A stretch of 62,939 bases of DNA, the filler included, from Octopus bimaculoides (Eukaryota): assembly GCF_001194135.2 (NCBI RefSeq). It is 3 parts of 3 records of this genome, joined end to end, with 100 filler letters (N's around TTAATTAATTAA, not from the genome) between each part and the next. Parts side by side here need not be neighbours in the genome. Positions count along the whole stretch, not along the records: positions 47,752 to 62,939 come from NC_068985.1; 2 more parts are not named here. The stretch is one strand, 5' to 3'. How positions within the stretch are numbered: position 1 is the stretch's first letter; the number at the start of each line of letters is the position of its first letter. Positions 51,135 through 62,939 of the stretch are shown here, piece after piece. The notes beneath the pieces were generated by a model. It worked only from the letters and a program-made list of their open reading frames with translations, was not told where the DNA came from and ran no database searches. The position numbers and the translations under genes were made by a program.

Positions 51135-51335
51135 TGAGTGGCACTCCGTCAGTTGCGACTACGAGGGTTCATGTTGATTCGATCAATGGAACATCCTGCT
51201 CGTGAAATTAACGTGGAAATGGATGAGCATTCCACAGATATGTGTATGCTTAATGTAGTTCTTGGAGAGATTCAGCGTGACACAGAGTGTGACAAGGCTG
51301 GCCCTTTGAAATGCAGGTACAACAGAAACAGGAAG
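51135..51335 (+). mobile_element. Probable SINE 3' body (family D)
   Basis: GGCACTCCGTC..CTGCTCGTGAAATTAACGTG..GATTCAGCGTGACACAGAGTGTGACAAGGCTGGCCC recognised from memory as an octopod repeat; single copy in this window. Confidence 0.45.
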
Positions 51336-51483
51336 AAAGAGTGCGAGTAAGTTGTGGTGAATGAGCACAGTGGGGTTCGCCACCCCACTTTCTGCCGGAG
51401 CAGGAAGTGGGGTGAATTCTCCCCTTATATATATATATATATATAAAGACGAATACAGGTGGTGTAGACAACAAAGAGATGTT

Positions 51484-51708
51484 TTAGTTTAACGCTCGGG
51501 AAGAGAAATATTTCCTAGGAGTGTGTTTATTTTTACCGCCGGGCAAATGTCCCATTGTTTCAATAGCTATTTTTTTACGGTCAACTAAAAGGCCGAAAAT
51601 AGTGAAGAAGCCTGTTAAGATGAGCGTGGCCATACTCCACATAAAATATATGACATCTTCATTTATATAGGATTTGTCGTGCTTTATCGCTAAAGATATG
51701 GAATTCAT
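51484..51708 (-). CDS. Candidate 74-aa single-pass membrane microprotein or exon
   Basis: AAAATG start; hydrophobic VIYFMWSMATLILTGFFTIFGLLV followed by DRKK; non-repetitive. Composition is the only support. Confidence 0.2.
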   Translation of the reverse strand: MNSISLAIKHDKSYINEDVIYFMWSMATLILTGFFTIFGLLVDRKKIAIETMGHLPGGKNKHTPRKYFSSRALN

Positions 51709-54700
51709 TTTTATACAATTATTATATATATATATACTTCATCACTGTCGCATTATCATCGTGCTTACTTGAGCTGGCAAAAAAGCGCAATCTGAATCAT
51801 TAGGCAGAGTTCTGGACGTATTTCTTCCAGCTCTTTACGTCTTGACTCTAAATCCTGTCTTATTTTACCTTTTCATCATTTCCTAGTTAATAAATTAAAT
51901 ATCTGTCAAGTATTGTGGTCGATGTAGCCGACTAAGCTCCCTCCTCTTAAAAGCTACTGGATATATGCCAAATGTTGAAATTTATTTCTCCACAGTTCTT
52001 CAGTTGTAATCAATGTTTACACAAATAGCAATTCTACGAAACAATATGATTCTATATATAGAAACAAACTGGAATAATCATGTGATGCCATAACCATAAA
52101 CACGGTTTTTTTTTTCTTTTTTTTCTTCTTTGGCTTTTTATTCGAGTCTCGAAGACCATTATACATAGCCTTTTGGATAATCAATTGTCTTTAAATTCTT
52201 CGTTATCATTCAACAAAATTCATCTCAATATTTTCCGAAATGTAATGCGTCCAAGAAAGATATTTGTTTTCATTAGTGCCAACCATGAATATTCACTTTG
52301 CTCAATGATTTCATTTTTATTGAAGAATGAGTTGCTAGTGTATTTATAATGAAATAAATAAATAGATATTGTTATCAATAAATCGATTAAAAACAAAGGC
52401 AAATTCCATCACGAATGAAACCTATTAAGAGAGAACGAATCAATACTGAATATCTTCACTTCAATGAGTATAAAATAAAATAATATACAATTACCAAAAT
52501 AGTTTTTCCTAAATATTTGCATATTTCCAGAAAGTTCAGTGGGGACTGGAAAAACAGTAGCAAAACAGACTAAATTGTTATGAATGTTCTTTTATTTCAT
52601 TCTCCTTCTTATAAGAATGATTGGAGCTGTAGTTTGCGGGAGATTTATGGAGAAGGAAGATACGTTAAAATAAATATTGCAGCTAAAGTTCTAAATCAAT
52701 CATTGATTCTGTCAATCCACACATTTCAAGATCGGTTGAAATAATTGGTTGGTATTGTTTGGACCCCGAACAGACGATGTACGAAATCGGCAGCGGTGAG
52801 GCTTGCACTTAGAGAAGGAAAAATGTATCTGAAGAGACGGTAGAGTTTATAGAAATTGTATTCAAATGCGAGACTGTTAACATTGCTATAATTATGTTTA
52901 AGACAACAGATGTTAGCTAAATGTATAAGTATGCATTAAAATAAATTATCATATTATTGGCTAATGGCACAAACATTTGATCAATAACAAACAATTGTGG
53001 CAAAATAAAACTATAATAAATATAAAAGAAATAGAAGCAACCACGAAAATTTCCTGAGTAGATGGTGAGTGAGGAGATATCTAGGTACATTTACCAGAGA
53101 CTTACCTGTTAACATTCTCCTCTTTCCAGACGCATACTGCAAATTAAGCCGTTCCATGTTCAACATTAAATGGGATATTGTGCTATGGCTGGCTTACGAC
53201 AGTGGCATACATATTATTTTACTGTAATATTCCGGTCTATTACACCGAGTACGCAATTTTGTTATACGTTTGTCATTTTATCGATCTTGTCGCCGCGACA
53301 AAATGATAGCCCAGTTAAATGTTGTAGCCGATTCTATCGATTCTCTCCCACGAATAAATACATATATAAACAAACGTTGATGCCATGCACCTGTTCTGTA
53401 TTAATTAAGGCTGGTATGCTTGTAGAATTCCTAAAATATCAGCAAAAGTCCGTAAAGGTATAACTTTTGGCTCTTCACTTTCTGAGTTCAAATTACATCG
53501 ATGTCACCTTTACCGTTCACCCAATCAGCATTGCTAAAATAAAGCTAGTTATTCTTCGTATTTTTTTTCTTTGAATGCCAGGTATCACTTTGAGATAAGA
53601 GTTTGTTTGCATTTAACAGTTGCATATATTCCCGTAGGACGCATACCGATATTCAATCATTATTTGATAAGAGTTTTGTAAAATCCGTTTTAATAATAAA
53701 AAACGAAAATATTTGTTCTCAAGGAATGCATTTTAAGGAACACTATTTGGCAAATTTGAGAATGACTAGAATTACAAATAATACGATTCCACATACGGAC
53801 ATTTGTCATCATAGTTTTAGTAGCATTTCCTTCAATTTTAGAATGTTTTAGTTTTTGAATGAAGTACATATATGTTGCTGCAATTAAAATTTGTGAACTT
53901 AATATGCAAACAATAGCACACATACACATACACACAAACACACACAATGGCTTATATATATGTGTCTGTGTATGCATATATATATATATATACATATATG
54001 TATGTGTACCATTATAAGTATATATGAACACACACACNNNNNNNNNNNNNNNNNNNNNNNNNNNNNNNNNNNNNNNNNNNNNNNNNNNNNNNNNNNNNNN
54101 NNNNNNNNNNNNNNNNNNNNNNNNNNNNNNNNNNNNNNNNNNNNNNNNNNNNNNNNNNNNNNNNNNNNNNNNNNNNNNNNNNNNNNNNNNNNNNNNNNNN
54201 NNNNNNNNNNNNNNNNNNNNNNNNNNNNNNNNNNNNNNNNNNNNNNNNNNNNNNNNNNNNNNNNNNNNNNNNNNNNNNNNNNNNNNNNNNNNNNNNNNNN
54301 NNNNNNNNNNNNNNNNNNNNNNNNNNNNNNNNNNNNNNNNNNNNNNNNNNNNNNNNNNNNNNNNNNNNNNNNNNNNNNNNNNNNNNNNNNNNNNNNNNNN
54401 NNNNNNNNNNNNNNNNNNNNNNNNNNNNNNNNNNNNNNNNNNNNNNNNNNNNNNNNNNNNNNNNNNNNNNNNNNNNNNNNNNNNNNNNNNNNNNNNNNNN
54501 NNNNNNNNNNNNNNNNNNNNNNNNNNNNNNNNNNNNNNNNNNNNNNNNNNNNNNNNNNNNNNNNNNNNNAACACACACAATGGCTTATATATATGTGTCT
54601 GTGTATGCATATATATATATATATACATATATATGTACACATTTATGCATGTATATATTGGCACCTTTGCACATATGTTTTTTTCTGACGCAATTGCGCA

Positions 54701-56692
54701 TATTTTAAGCCGTATTGACATGAAGTACTTATATGTGTGTAACATAATCTGTTTTGTTTTTATTTTTCTTCGTATTACTTTCTTTCAAACTGAGGATTAC
54801 ATTCAAACAATTACATAACTATAACTTTTTCATACATCACTAGGTAAACAAAAACTGACTGGAATGTTTTTCTATTGTTTTCTAACACTTGCACTAGCAC
54901 TAAGCTACGCCAGTTTATATTCAATAAACTAATTTTGAAAATCAAAGAAGAACCCACGTGACGTTTTGCTCTGGGAATGATATATCACAGTCAAATTTTA
55001 CTTGGCATCTATTAGTTCATTCGGAAAAATGCAGAATCTGTTTTTTTTCTTCTTCTTTGTTATATGGGTGGTACAGGGGAGCAGCATTATTTAAGATTTA
55101 AGGACACGTTCGTATCAAATCATTTCTCCCAGAAGATGTTTCAGATATAATAGCTATAATGGATATACGTATTTGAATGAATGTGTTTGTGTATATCTAT
55201 CTATCTATCTATATATCTATCTATTTATCTAGATAGATAGATAGATAGATAGTTAGGTAGATTTATTCCTCCGTCTTTGTTTGGATTCACTATATATATA
55301 TATATATNNNNNNNNNNNNNNNNNNNNNNNNNNNNNNNNNNNNNNNNNNNNNNNNNNNNNNNNNNNNNNNNNNNNNNNNNNNNNNNNNNNNNNNNNNNNN
55401 NNNNNNNNNNNNNNNNNNNNNNNNNNNNNNNNNNNNNNNNNNNNNNNNNNNNNNNNNNNNNNNNNNNNNNNNNNNNNNNNNNNNNNNNNNNNNNNNNNNN
55501 NNNNNNNNNNNNNNNNNNNNNNNNNNNNNNNNNNNNNNNNNNNNNNNNNNNNNNNNNNNNNNNNNNNNNNNNNNNNNNNNNNNNNNNNNNNNNNNNNNNN
55601 NNNNNNNNNNNNNNNNNNNNNNNNNNNNNNNNNNNNNNNNNNNNNNNNNNNNNNNNNNNNNNNNNNNNNNNNNNNNNNNNNNNNNNNNNNNNNNNNNNNN
55701 NNNNNNNNNNNNNNNNNNNNNNNNNNNNNNNNNNNNNNNNNNNNNNNNNNNNNNNNNNNNNNNNNNNNNNNNNNNNNNNNNNNNNNNNNNNNNNNNNNNN
55801 NNNNNNNNNNNNNNNNNNNNNNNNNNNNNNNNNNNNNNNNNNNNNNNNNNNNNNNNNNNNNNNNNNNNNNNNNNNNNNNNNNNNNNNNNNNNNNNNNNNN
55901 NNNNNNNNNNNNNNNNNNNNNNNNNNNNNNNNNNNNNNNNNNNNNNNNNNNNNNNNNNNNNNNTTTGCTTGTAAAATGTTGTCTTGCGCAAAAACACAAG
56001 AGTAACAGGCACGTGTTATTGATATTTCTAATAAATAGCCTGTTTATTTCTATATAAATACTTATTACTTATATCCTATGAAAAACAAAACAATAGATTC
56101 CCCCAGTGTGATTTTTTTTTTTTCCTTTCTAACACATGAATTACAACTCTGTGGAATTGTTGTTTTGTTCTCTGGCAAAATAATATTATTTATAGATAGC
56201 TTTGTGTACTTAAATAAACTGAACGCACGATGTGTTGTCAGTTGTATTTTTTATATATATCCGTTTCAAATATTCCTCCTCTCTTCCCAGAGAGTTATTT
56301 GTTACCATCTTGTTTCTTAATTCTCGGCCTGATACTTTGATGTATCTCTTAGCATTTTATTCGGTATATTTAATCATTTTATTAATAATATCATTTGATG
56401 TTCATTATGTTTCGATTTACATTTTCTGGGGATTATGTGCTAATTTTGCTAATATAACAAAGCTGATATCAATATTGATTATGGCTCTTGAAGAATAAGA
56501 ATTTTGCCGCATCACATTTCATTTCAAACTACTATATTTGTGATAGATGTAATTCACCTGCAATTTGCAGACTGAAATAAAGTATCCGCCGTTGAGCACG
56601 CCCGAAGTTGTCAAATGACATCCGATGCTGTTTCTGGCCGCTTCTAAGACAACATTTCATATTTTTCCTGATATTTATTTTGTTTTTAACAG

Positions 56693-56752
56693 AGCAAGTC
56701 CATAAGAGATTCTTATGTCACGAGAAACATTGCAGAAAGTAGCCGATCGACA
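56693..56752 (+). other. Candidate 60-nt exon
   Basis: T-rich tract ending TTTTAACAG, one open frame SKSIRDSYVTRNIAESSRST, donor GTGAGT. Confidence 0.2.
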
Positions 56753-57167
56753 GTGAGTGATCATTAAGCATCATACATGGATGTCAATTTAAATAATTTA
56801 TGTGTTTCATTAATGATATCTGTATCCTTACAGGTTAAAGTATATCTGAGAAGCAACACATATTCTAATAACATGTATAAATATATTTTCTTATGTTGTA
56901 TTAAGTATGTTTGCAATTTTACTGAATTCGACATATATATTTCGTTGAATAAGTTAGCAAGAAAACAAGCACAAATATTATTAAATTTGATGTTCTTTAG
57001 TTCCAATTGAATTTACAACTGGAACTGAAAATTTACATATGTGATATATATATATGTAACATCATCCGACACATATATAGTTTGGAAATGTTAGTTGGTT
57101 GGATGTCACCCTTTATATCTTACCGAGGGTTGACGAGAAGAATAAGAGTACAAGGGATATGCAGAGG

Positions 57168-57199
<32 letters not shown>

Positions 57200-57864
57200 G
57201 AGACACACAAACACACATACACACACCCACATACACACACCCACACACAGAGGCAGATAGATAGACAAAGAGATAACATATAAGTTGGAGAGAGCATGGA
57301 CATACGAGGGTTGGTGACAAGCGAGGACGACAAATCGTTCTACACACAGTGAGGTAGAATCAATTAACATTGAGAATAAGCAAAGGAAGCAGAATATTTC
57401 TGAGAAGTATTATGAAAATTATACATATGTAGATAACAATATGTGTGTCTTTTGACATATGCATCTCAGTTTATATGGCTTTGTGTGTGTGTCTATGTAT
57501 CGTGTCTATGTATCGTGTGTTTATGCATCGTGTGTCTATATGTGTGCGTGTGTGTGTCAACAAAGAATAATAAGCAGAGAACAGATATGTTATTTACTGA
57601 TATATAGGGCATACACGTGTATCTGTAAAATACCGAAATAATTACATAATAGTGGCATTGATATTATGCAGTATGCTATTCACCTCGTTAGTTTTACGCA
57701 ATATGCACAACAATCGACGTTAAAGCTCCATTAATCTTATGCAAATTCTCATGCTAAAATGGACCTTTAACGATTGTGTTGATATTTGGAACTTTCGTGC
57801 TACCGACGGAATCAGTTACCGGACCGCTAAGTTACGTTATCTTAAAAACACAAGCACGCACAAT

Positions 57865-57901
<37 letters not shown>

Positions 57902-58332
57902 NNNNNNNNNNNNNNNNNNNNNNNNNNNNNNNNNNNNNNNNNNNNNNNNNNNNNNNNNNNNNNNNNNNNNNNNNNNNNNNNNNNNNNNNNNNNNNNNNNN
58001 NNNNNNNNNNNNNNNNNNNNNNNNNNNNNNNNNNNNNNNNNNNNNNNNNNNNNNNNNNNNNNNNNNNNNNNNNNNNNNNNNNNNNNNNNNNNNNNNNNNN
58101 NNNNNNNNNNNNNNNNNNNNNNNNNNNNNNNNNNNNNNNNNNNNNNNNNNNNNNNNNNNNNNNNNNNNNNNNNNNNNNNNNNNNNNNNNNNNNNNNNNNN
58201 NNNNNNNNNNNNNNNNNNNNNNNNNNNNNNNNNNNNNNNNNNNNNNNNNNNNNNNNNNNNATATATATATATATAAAGAACTTTCGTGTTACCGACGTTA
58301 TCTCTTACCGAACTGCTAATTTCAATTTCAGA

Positions 58333-58546
58333 GTTGGGATCTAGACCTTTCAGGATCTACCCAATATCACTTCATGTCTTGCACACCGTTTCTCCAAGGA
58401 GTAGATCTTCAGTTCCTTTAGCCTCTCCCAGTGACTTATCTATTTCACAGAGTCAATCATCTTCGTTGAGTGGCGCTTGTTTGAATCCAGTTCCAAGAAC
58501 TGATGGACATTTTGCTTTGAAACAGTTGGGAGCAGTATACCAGAAG
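58333..58546 (-). mobile_element. Decayed CR1-like LINE C-terminal region
   Basis: LVYCSQL / ISHWERLKELKIYSLEKR / ILKGLDPN across frameshifts; fits the YCSQLW..YWERLKxLxLYSLERR pattern. Confidence 0.7.
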
Positions 58547-59349
58547 ACTCAGACCGCTACTAAATCAATGATTATTATGTGCTTTAGCAGCAAACTTAAT
58601 TTCAGATTTGTTGATTTTTTCAGCAGCATCGTCTCCTTTAGTTCTGGTGTTGCACCGATATTTTATGTGTCCTTTCCATTGAAAATCCTCATTCGGAACA
58701 CCAGCTCCTTCTTCTGCGACTTTTTCGGAATCTGTGGAACAATCATTTATGACTTAATCTGTGCTGTCACATTTGTTTTTGTTTTCGGTCCTGACATTTA
58801 ATCTGTGAAAACGACTTGAAGGAGATATAAAAACGTTTGATGAGTTTGCTCTTTTGAAGTGAATTTGAATCGTCGATTTGAACTATTGATCTAAGGAATC
58901 CCTTGAATTTCTCTCTGTCCAGATTTCTATTTCTAATAGAGACCTGTGATCATCATGCACATCTACAAAACGTATGAAACATTTTCTACCCGTGAGTTTC
59001 GACTCAATTTTAGCACGTGATTATTGTATCACATTACAAATTTAACAGTATTACATATACCTGTGTCAATTTAATGTTGAATCTTAGATATATTTATTTG
59101 ATTTCTCTCATTATAAAGATACTTAATTCTAAGTTATCTAGAAGTAGAAAACCCAAGAAGAATAGGGGAAAAAAAACGTGTGAGAGAGAGAAAGAGAATG
59201 AGAGGTAGAGAGACAACAATAGGAGATAAACAAGAGAGACACACAAGAAGGACATTTTACGGCTTTGTTTAAGGGAAAAGCTCTGTATTGATTAGGATAT
59301 TAGAGTAGGATCTCAGAACAACATCATGGAAGTCACAAAACAAAGATTA

Positions 59350-60450
59350 AGATTATTTATTTTATATCTCACTGGGAATAAATCTAAAACTCGTTATATT
59401 GGTGAATATCTAAGGTAATACCTTGCTCAATAGAACATGTATTTACAAATACGAAATGAGAGATAACTGAAGAGAATGGGGAAGGTAACTTGAATCCAAT
59501 TTAAATTAACAACAATGAAAACATTTGGAAATGTAATCATTTGGAAAAACTTTATACACTTAGTAATAAATATGGAAGAGAAACGAAAATAAAGTTAAAA
59601 CGGAAAAGAAACCGAATTGATCCGTGCTAACGAGACTTAATAAAGACGAAATGGGACCATACACTGGGATTCTGGTGATGATAAGGGACCTGATAAAAAC
59701 AACATGTATGCTCATTCATGTTCCTTTCCTTCCACCGAGGGAAAAGAAAAACTTCCAAAATTAAAAACTATAAAAAAAAAAAAAAATTAGAAATTATTTT
59801 CTCCCCTGAAGTATATGGAATATTCCTTCCTCTCTTCCTCTCTGTCTCACGGCTATGATAGTAACGTGAAGAAAAAAAAAAACAAACACGTTGATTCAAA
59901 ACGGTGGCTGAGTTATTGCTCCCATCCACTCAAACATATGAAAAATACAAGGGTGCTAATCCAAATTCACCTTCATAGATGAATTAAAGGAAACACAAAG
60001 CCAGAATGACCAGAATTCGCCCAGAGAACGAGAAGGCCTGTGTAAGCATGTAGCACAAACATACACATGTGGTTATACAGAAGCCGTAACGCATGGTGAA
60101 TATATTGGACAAAAATATATGGAGTGAAAGAACTACGTAAGGCATTGTTTGACATACATAAGAACTAAGTATTCTTAGTTCAATACATTTTTTTTTCCTT
60201 TGTCCCTCTCAACCATTCCTTTCCTGAAAAACAAAAGAGAAGAAAATGTAAATGACTTTAGAAGGACTAGTCTCAAAACCTAAGTAAGAATAAAATAATC
60301 TTTATAATCTTTAATTGATCCATGCTGAAGAGTTTTCATCAAGCTGAAATCGGTCCATATATAGATATTCAAATGTTAATAAAACATCTTATGCAAAAGC
60401 ATGAAAGCCTTTTCGTTTTCCTCTTTTTCAAACAAGAGAGGAAACAAAAG
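59350..60450 (+). mobile_element. Decayed Penelope-like element: GIY-YIG remnant plus two direct pseudo-LTR-like repeats with hammerhead motifs
   Basis: ILYLTGNKSKTRYIGE (YIGE at 59395-59406); 59616-59672 and 60314-60370 match at 41/57 ungapped positions and carry CT(G/A)ANGA..GAAA cores. Confidence 0.55.
60322..60358 (+). ncRNA. Minimal hammerhead-like motif (decayed)
   Basis: ATG-CTGAAGA-GTTT-TCATC-AAGC-T-GAAA-TCGG-TC-CAT; paralogue at 59624-59660. Confidence 0.5.
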
Positions 60451-61009
60451 ACTTAGGAGACATTCTCTCTCCTGAAGTGAATAGATTTTCTCCTCTTGCC
60501 ACTCTTTATCAGTCTTTCTCAGTGACTTGATGGAAATGTCCACCAAACAACAAAGACGATACAGAAACATATAAAAAAAGAATATTGTTTGCCATAGTCA
60601 TGAGAGAGTGAAATATATTGTTTATGGATAACTTTTCTCTCTTGCTCTCTGTCTCTATGTCTCACTCCTCTCCCCTTCCTCTCTCTTTCTGTCTCTCTCT
60701 CTCTCTCTCTATGTCTCTCTCTCTATCTCTATCTCTCAGTGTACCTGTAGGTCAAGACCCAAGGACGCTATCTTTGATTTTAATCCTATCAATACATATG
60801 AAGTCCAAGCTGGTCTAGACACCACTTATGCGGTTTCGCTAAGATTTGGAGAAGTTTGTCATATTTGACTGGAGTTAAAAAATTCTAGTAAACATGCACT
60901 GCTTCTTAGCATAACGAGAAATATATACATATACATACATACAAACATACATATATTTATATATGTATGTATATACATACATACAAACATATATATATTT
61001 ATATATGTA

Positions 61010-61047
<38 letters not shown>

Positions 61048-62939
61048 TGTGTATATCACAGTATTAAATTTCGGACTGGTGAACTGGCGTATCAGTCAAA
61101 TGTTTCTCATTGAACATGTGCAGTTTATATGCACACATACCTGTGTGTATACGTATTTATATAACTCTGTGTTTATGTGTGTTTGTATGAGTATGTATGT
61201 ATATAGATCTGTGTGCGTGTTTGTTTGTGTCTTTATACATGTAAATATGTGTGTGTGCATTTATAAAAAAATTGTGAAACCCTTCTCTATCCAAATTATT
61301 TCATAAAGGTCAGATGTAAATTTATAAATTAAAAAAAACTTAAATTCCTTTATTACACACGGAAGGAGAAACATCACACTTAGACACACACATAGAGAGG
61401 GGGAGGGGGAATGCATAGAGATATATGTGTGTCAGTGTGTATACATCAACGAAGAAAGCACAATTGACAAGAAGCCACACGAACAGATTGACGTGCGCAT
61501 ATGCGTATGAACCCACATTTACGCATACACACACAACTCACACACATACACACACATGCGAGCATATACGCAAACGAGTAAACATACGAATTTGCACATT
61601 CATGCAAACCATGCATGCATAGTTCTATATTCATGTGATTTTGTACATAACCATGTGTGTATATATTGTTATATGTACACTTCGAAAAAGAAATTATATT
61701 TCTTGCCACACGATTCAACGGATTACAATATGAAAAGTGCAATATCTAAGATTAGTAAATTTTCATTCAATTTCTTTTGTTACTAGAGGGCGGTTCGTGA
61801 CAGTCGACTATAGCAGGAGTTGGGTTTTGTTGCTTCGCCCACATTTAAATATTCACAATTTGAATCATGGCTCCTATATTCGTAATATATTCAATATTAA
61901 TGCTTTCCAGCACTTTACGTTACCTTGTACATATACTATTTCCATTTGAATCTCAGTCACTAGATATTCATGTAGGTTTGTATTTTTCTTTATATTTTTG
62001 TTGGTTTCCTCATAAAACTTATATAAGTATTGATACGTGCATTTAAATCTAAATTTGCATATATTCACGATGCATTTCGAATTATGTGTCACTTGATAAT
62101 ATTCATATCTTGAACAACGCCAGATTAGCATAGCAAGGAGTTCTTCTCGTTACATGCAGAGGCAGCCATTATTACCGTCATTAGAAAACTCATATGCGGC
62201 TCACAATAGAACGTGGCTTATATGATTGAAGTGCTGCTTGCTGTTGAACAGATTCTCGCCAATACCAAGAAATGGATCTGCTATTGATTGGCAGAAGGTT
62301 AGAGACAAAATGCAAGTTCGTTCACGGTTACAGATTGCATTCCTACCATTGTATTTCTTTTTTCTACTAACACTACATAGATCTTTGTTCCTTGGCGATG
62401 GCTCTTTTAATGCTCTCTCGATGCATAAATTTGTCATTAATTTATTTAGCCTCAACCCAACACTATTTTGTTTCTATGAAATCCTCAAGCGCCGTCGATA
62501 GTTTCTGCGGTAGAATCTCCTATCGAGGACCCTATGGAAATCATGTCTTCGTTAAACGATTTTATTTTCCTTAGTTCAAGTGAGATATCACGGGCTCCAA
62601 CAACACCACTCTCAACGAACATGTAGAAGATATTCACTTAGCAAACTCCTTCAAATACAGCAGTAAAATAATTTAAATTCATAATATATTCAAAAACTCT
62701 TAGACATAAAATTTGATGCGTTCGATTCAGGCTTGTGACCAGCAGAGTTTCTTTTCTTGTTATTTTGCATGATATTGTTCTACCTTGATGAATATCTATC
62801 GTACGACTAATATGAGATACTAAAATGATACAAATTGCTCTCCCCCTATATCTATCCCTCTCGTTCATTCACCCTCTCTCTCTCTCTTCTTTCTTTCTGT
62901 CTGTCTCTCTATAAATATATATATATATATATATATATA

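Noticed and set aside
53937-54645. ~75-bp sequence repeated on both sides of a gap
   Set aside because: Most simply an unresolved tandem repeat or overlapping contig ends.
58286-58801. 171-aa plus-strand ORF as a gene
   Set aside because: It has no ATG start and its first half is the antisense shadow of the CR1-like remnant.
1-62939. CRISPR array or prokaryotic system
   Set aside because: No regularly spaced repeat-spacer array and no dense ORFs; the recurring sequences are SINEs and microsatellites.

Overview
AT-rich, microsatellite-saturated animal genomic DNA with many N-gaps. The repeat families resemble octopod (Octopus) SINEs and LINEs; this taxon call is an inference from recalled repeat sequences, not a search. 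No complete host gene, CRISPR array, rRNA or true tRNA can be supported, and most ORFs in the supplied track are microsatellite or gap artefacts. The recognisable coding remnants are all transposon-derived: RTE, CR1-like and Tx1/L1-like LINE pieces, two young LINE 3' ends with C2H2 zinc fingers, mariner fragments, and a decayed Penelope-like GIY-YIG. Several MITEs are also present. Two synthetic 100-bp scaffold linkers (N44-TTAATTAATTAA-N44) bracket a CpG-depleted middle block. The most interesting signal is eight minimal type I hammerhead-ribozyme (HHR)-like motifs from about four repeat families. Three lie in a tRNA-headed SINE-like element ending in a Penelope-type hammerhead; this element occurs as a head-to-head palindrome that also duplicates about 140 bp of 3' flank in inverted orientation.
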